From Octopus sinensis (Eukaryota): a DNA stretch of 50,331 bases. The position numbers and the translations under genes were made by a program. Shown in pieces: positions 49,400 to 50,331 of the stretch (positions are counted from its first letter, which is position 1; each line of letters opens with the position of its first letter). The notes under the pieces are model-generated. The model saw nothing but the letters and a program-made list of their open reading frames with translations. It was not told the origin of the DNA and did not search any database. The DNA lies in contig NW_021834926.1 in assembly GCF_006345805.1 (NCBI RefSeq), positions 1 to 50,331 of the forward strand, read 5' to 3'.

Positions 49400-50331
49400 T
49401 TGTCACAGGCTTGAAAGGACCCCCAGACTGAAGAGACCTACTCTAATTAGATATTTCATATACTTAATAATAAAACGCCGCTGGTTGAGTTAGTGACGCA
49501 ACTCTATTGCACAAAGTCTTAATCACATATGAGGCTACAAAGAGATTTTACTTTGCTATCATTCAATGTCAGAGGACTATCTGACCTATCCAAGCGAAAA
49601 ATCCTATGCCGGGATCTGAATGCATATGGTGCAACTATCGGATGCTTTCAAGAAACGAAGGTCAAAGGCGGGCTAGATGAGATACCCAACGAGTATCGAA
49701 TCATTCTCCTTCCATCAGAATCACGTCATTATGGGCAGGGGTTTGCATTCATAAGACCTTTTGAATTCAATTCACAAATACTACCGTGTGAACGACCGCA
49801 TATGTGTACTACAACTGAGACAAAAAACTTTGACCAACACGGATCGAATAATCAGCATTATAAATGTCTACGCCCCACAAAGTGGAAGACTGAAGAAGAA
49901 CGTGGATGAACTAGACTCTTTCTATCACATGCTATCAAGACCTACACGAGTATAAAAACATCCTTCCTTATACTAATTGCCGGTGATTGGAATGCTAAGG
50001 CAGGCAAAGGCCGTGGTGAAGAAGTGTTCATGGGCAGACACGGACGGGGGATAAGAAATGCACCAGGTGAAATGCTTGTGAACTTCTGCAGCAATATTCA
50101 AGCTACTGCTATGCAATACGGTCTTTCCTCATGCGGCACGTCATAAAACCACGTGGACCGGGACTAGAAAGAAACAAAAAATGGGGAGTACGTCAACATC
50201 TATAATCAAATCGATTATATCATCTGTAGACAAGAAGAAAAACATCGATTGCTGGATGCCAGGTCATATGGCGGGGCAACTTACACTGAGCGATCACAAA
50301 GTCATTGGGCACGATTGAGACTGAAAAGAAT
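49400..50331 (+). mobile_element. APE-type (RTE-like) retrotransposon 5' part, frameshifted, runs off the window
   Basis: SFNVRGL, FQETK, INVYAP, IAGDWNAK.G and NQIDYII endonuclease motifs. Confidence 0.9.

Overview
AT-rich eukaryotic (animal-like) DNA with very short GT-AG introns (mostly 22-32 nt). A reduced parasitic metazoan such as a dicyemid is a reasonable inference but is not proven. The window is a transposon-dense region. One host gene reads intact after splicing (pyridoxal kinase). The others are broken, truncated or carry lesions: MAST kinase, PSMD6/Rpn7, a MYST acetyltransferase, Ku70, a TESK/LIMK-type kinase, POLD1 and two DnaJ copies. Mobile elements include several intron-containing Ginger-type DDE transposons (two with apparently intact spliced ORFs, one inside a kinase exon and one abutting a truncated kinase), hAT (SPIN/Buster-like), Tc1, pogo/Tigger, a Helitron carrying a ~95-bp tandem array, and RTE, 2A-bearing APE and CRE-like (RLE) non-LTR retroelements. 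A ~5-6 kb segmental duplication (59-5972 vs 12855-17772) supplies empty-site controls. The most striking item is an intronless ORF at ~30937-31803 that I could align by eye to the rhabdovirus nucleoprotein signature. It sits between a Ginger integrase remnant and a CRE retroelement remnant, and is probably an endogenous viral element. All protein assignments are by motif recognition; no database searches were run.
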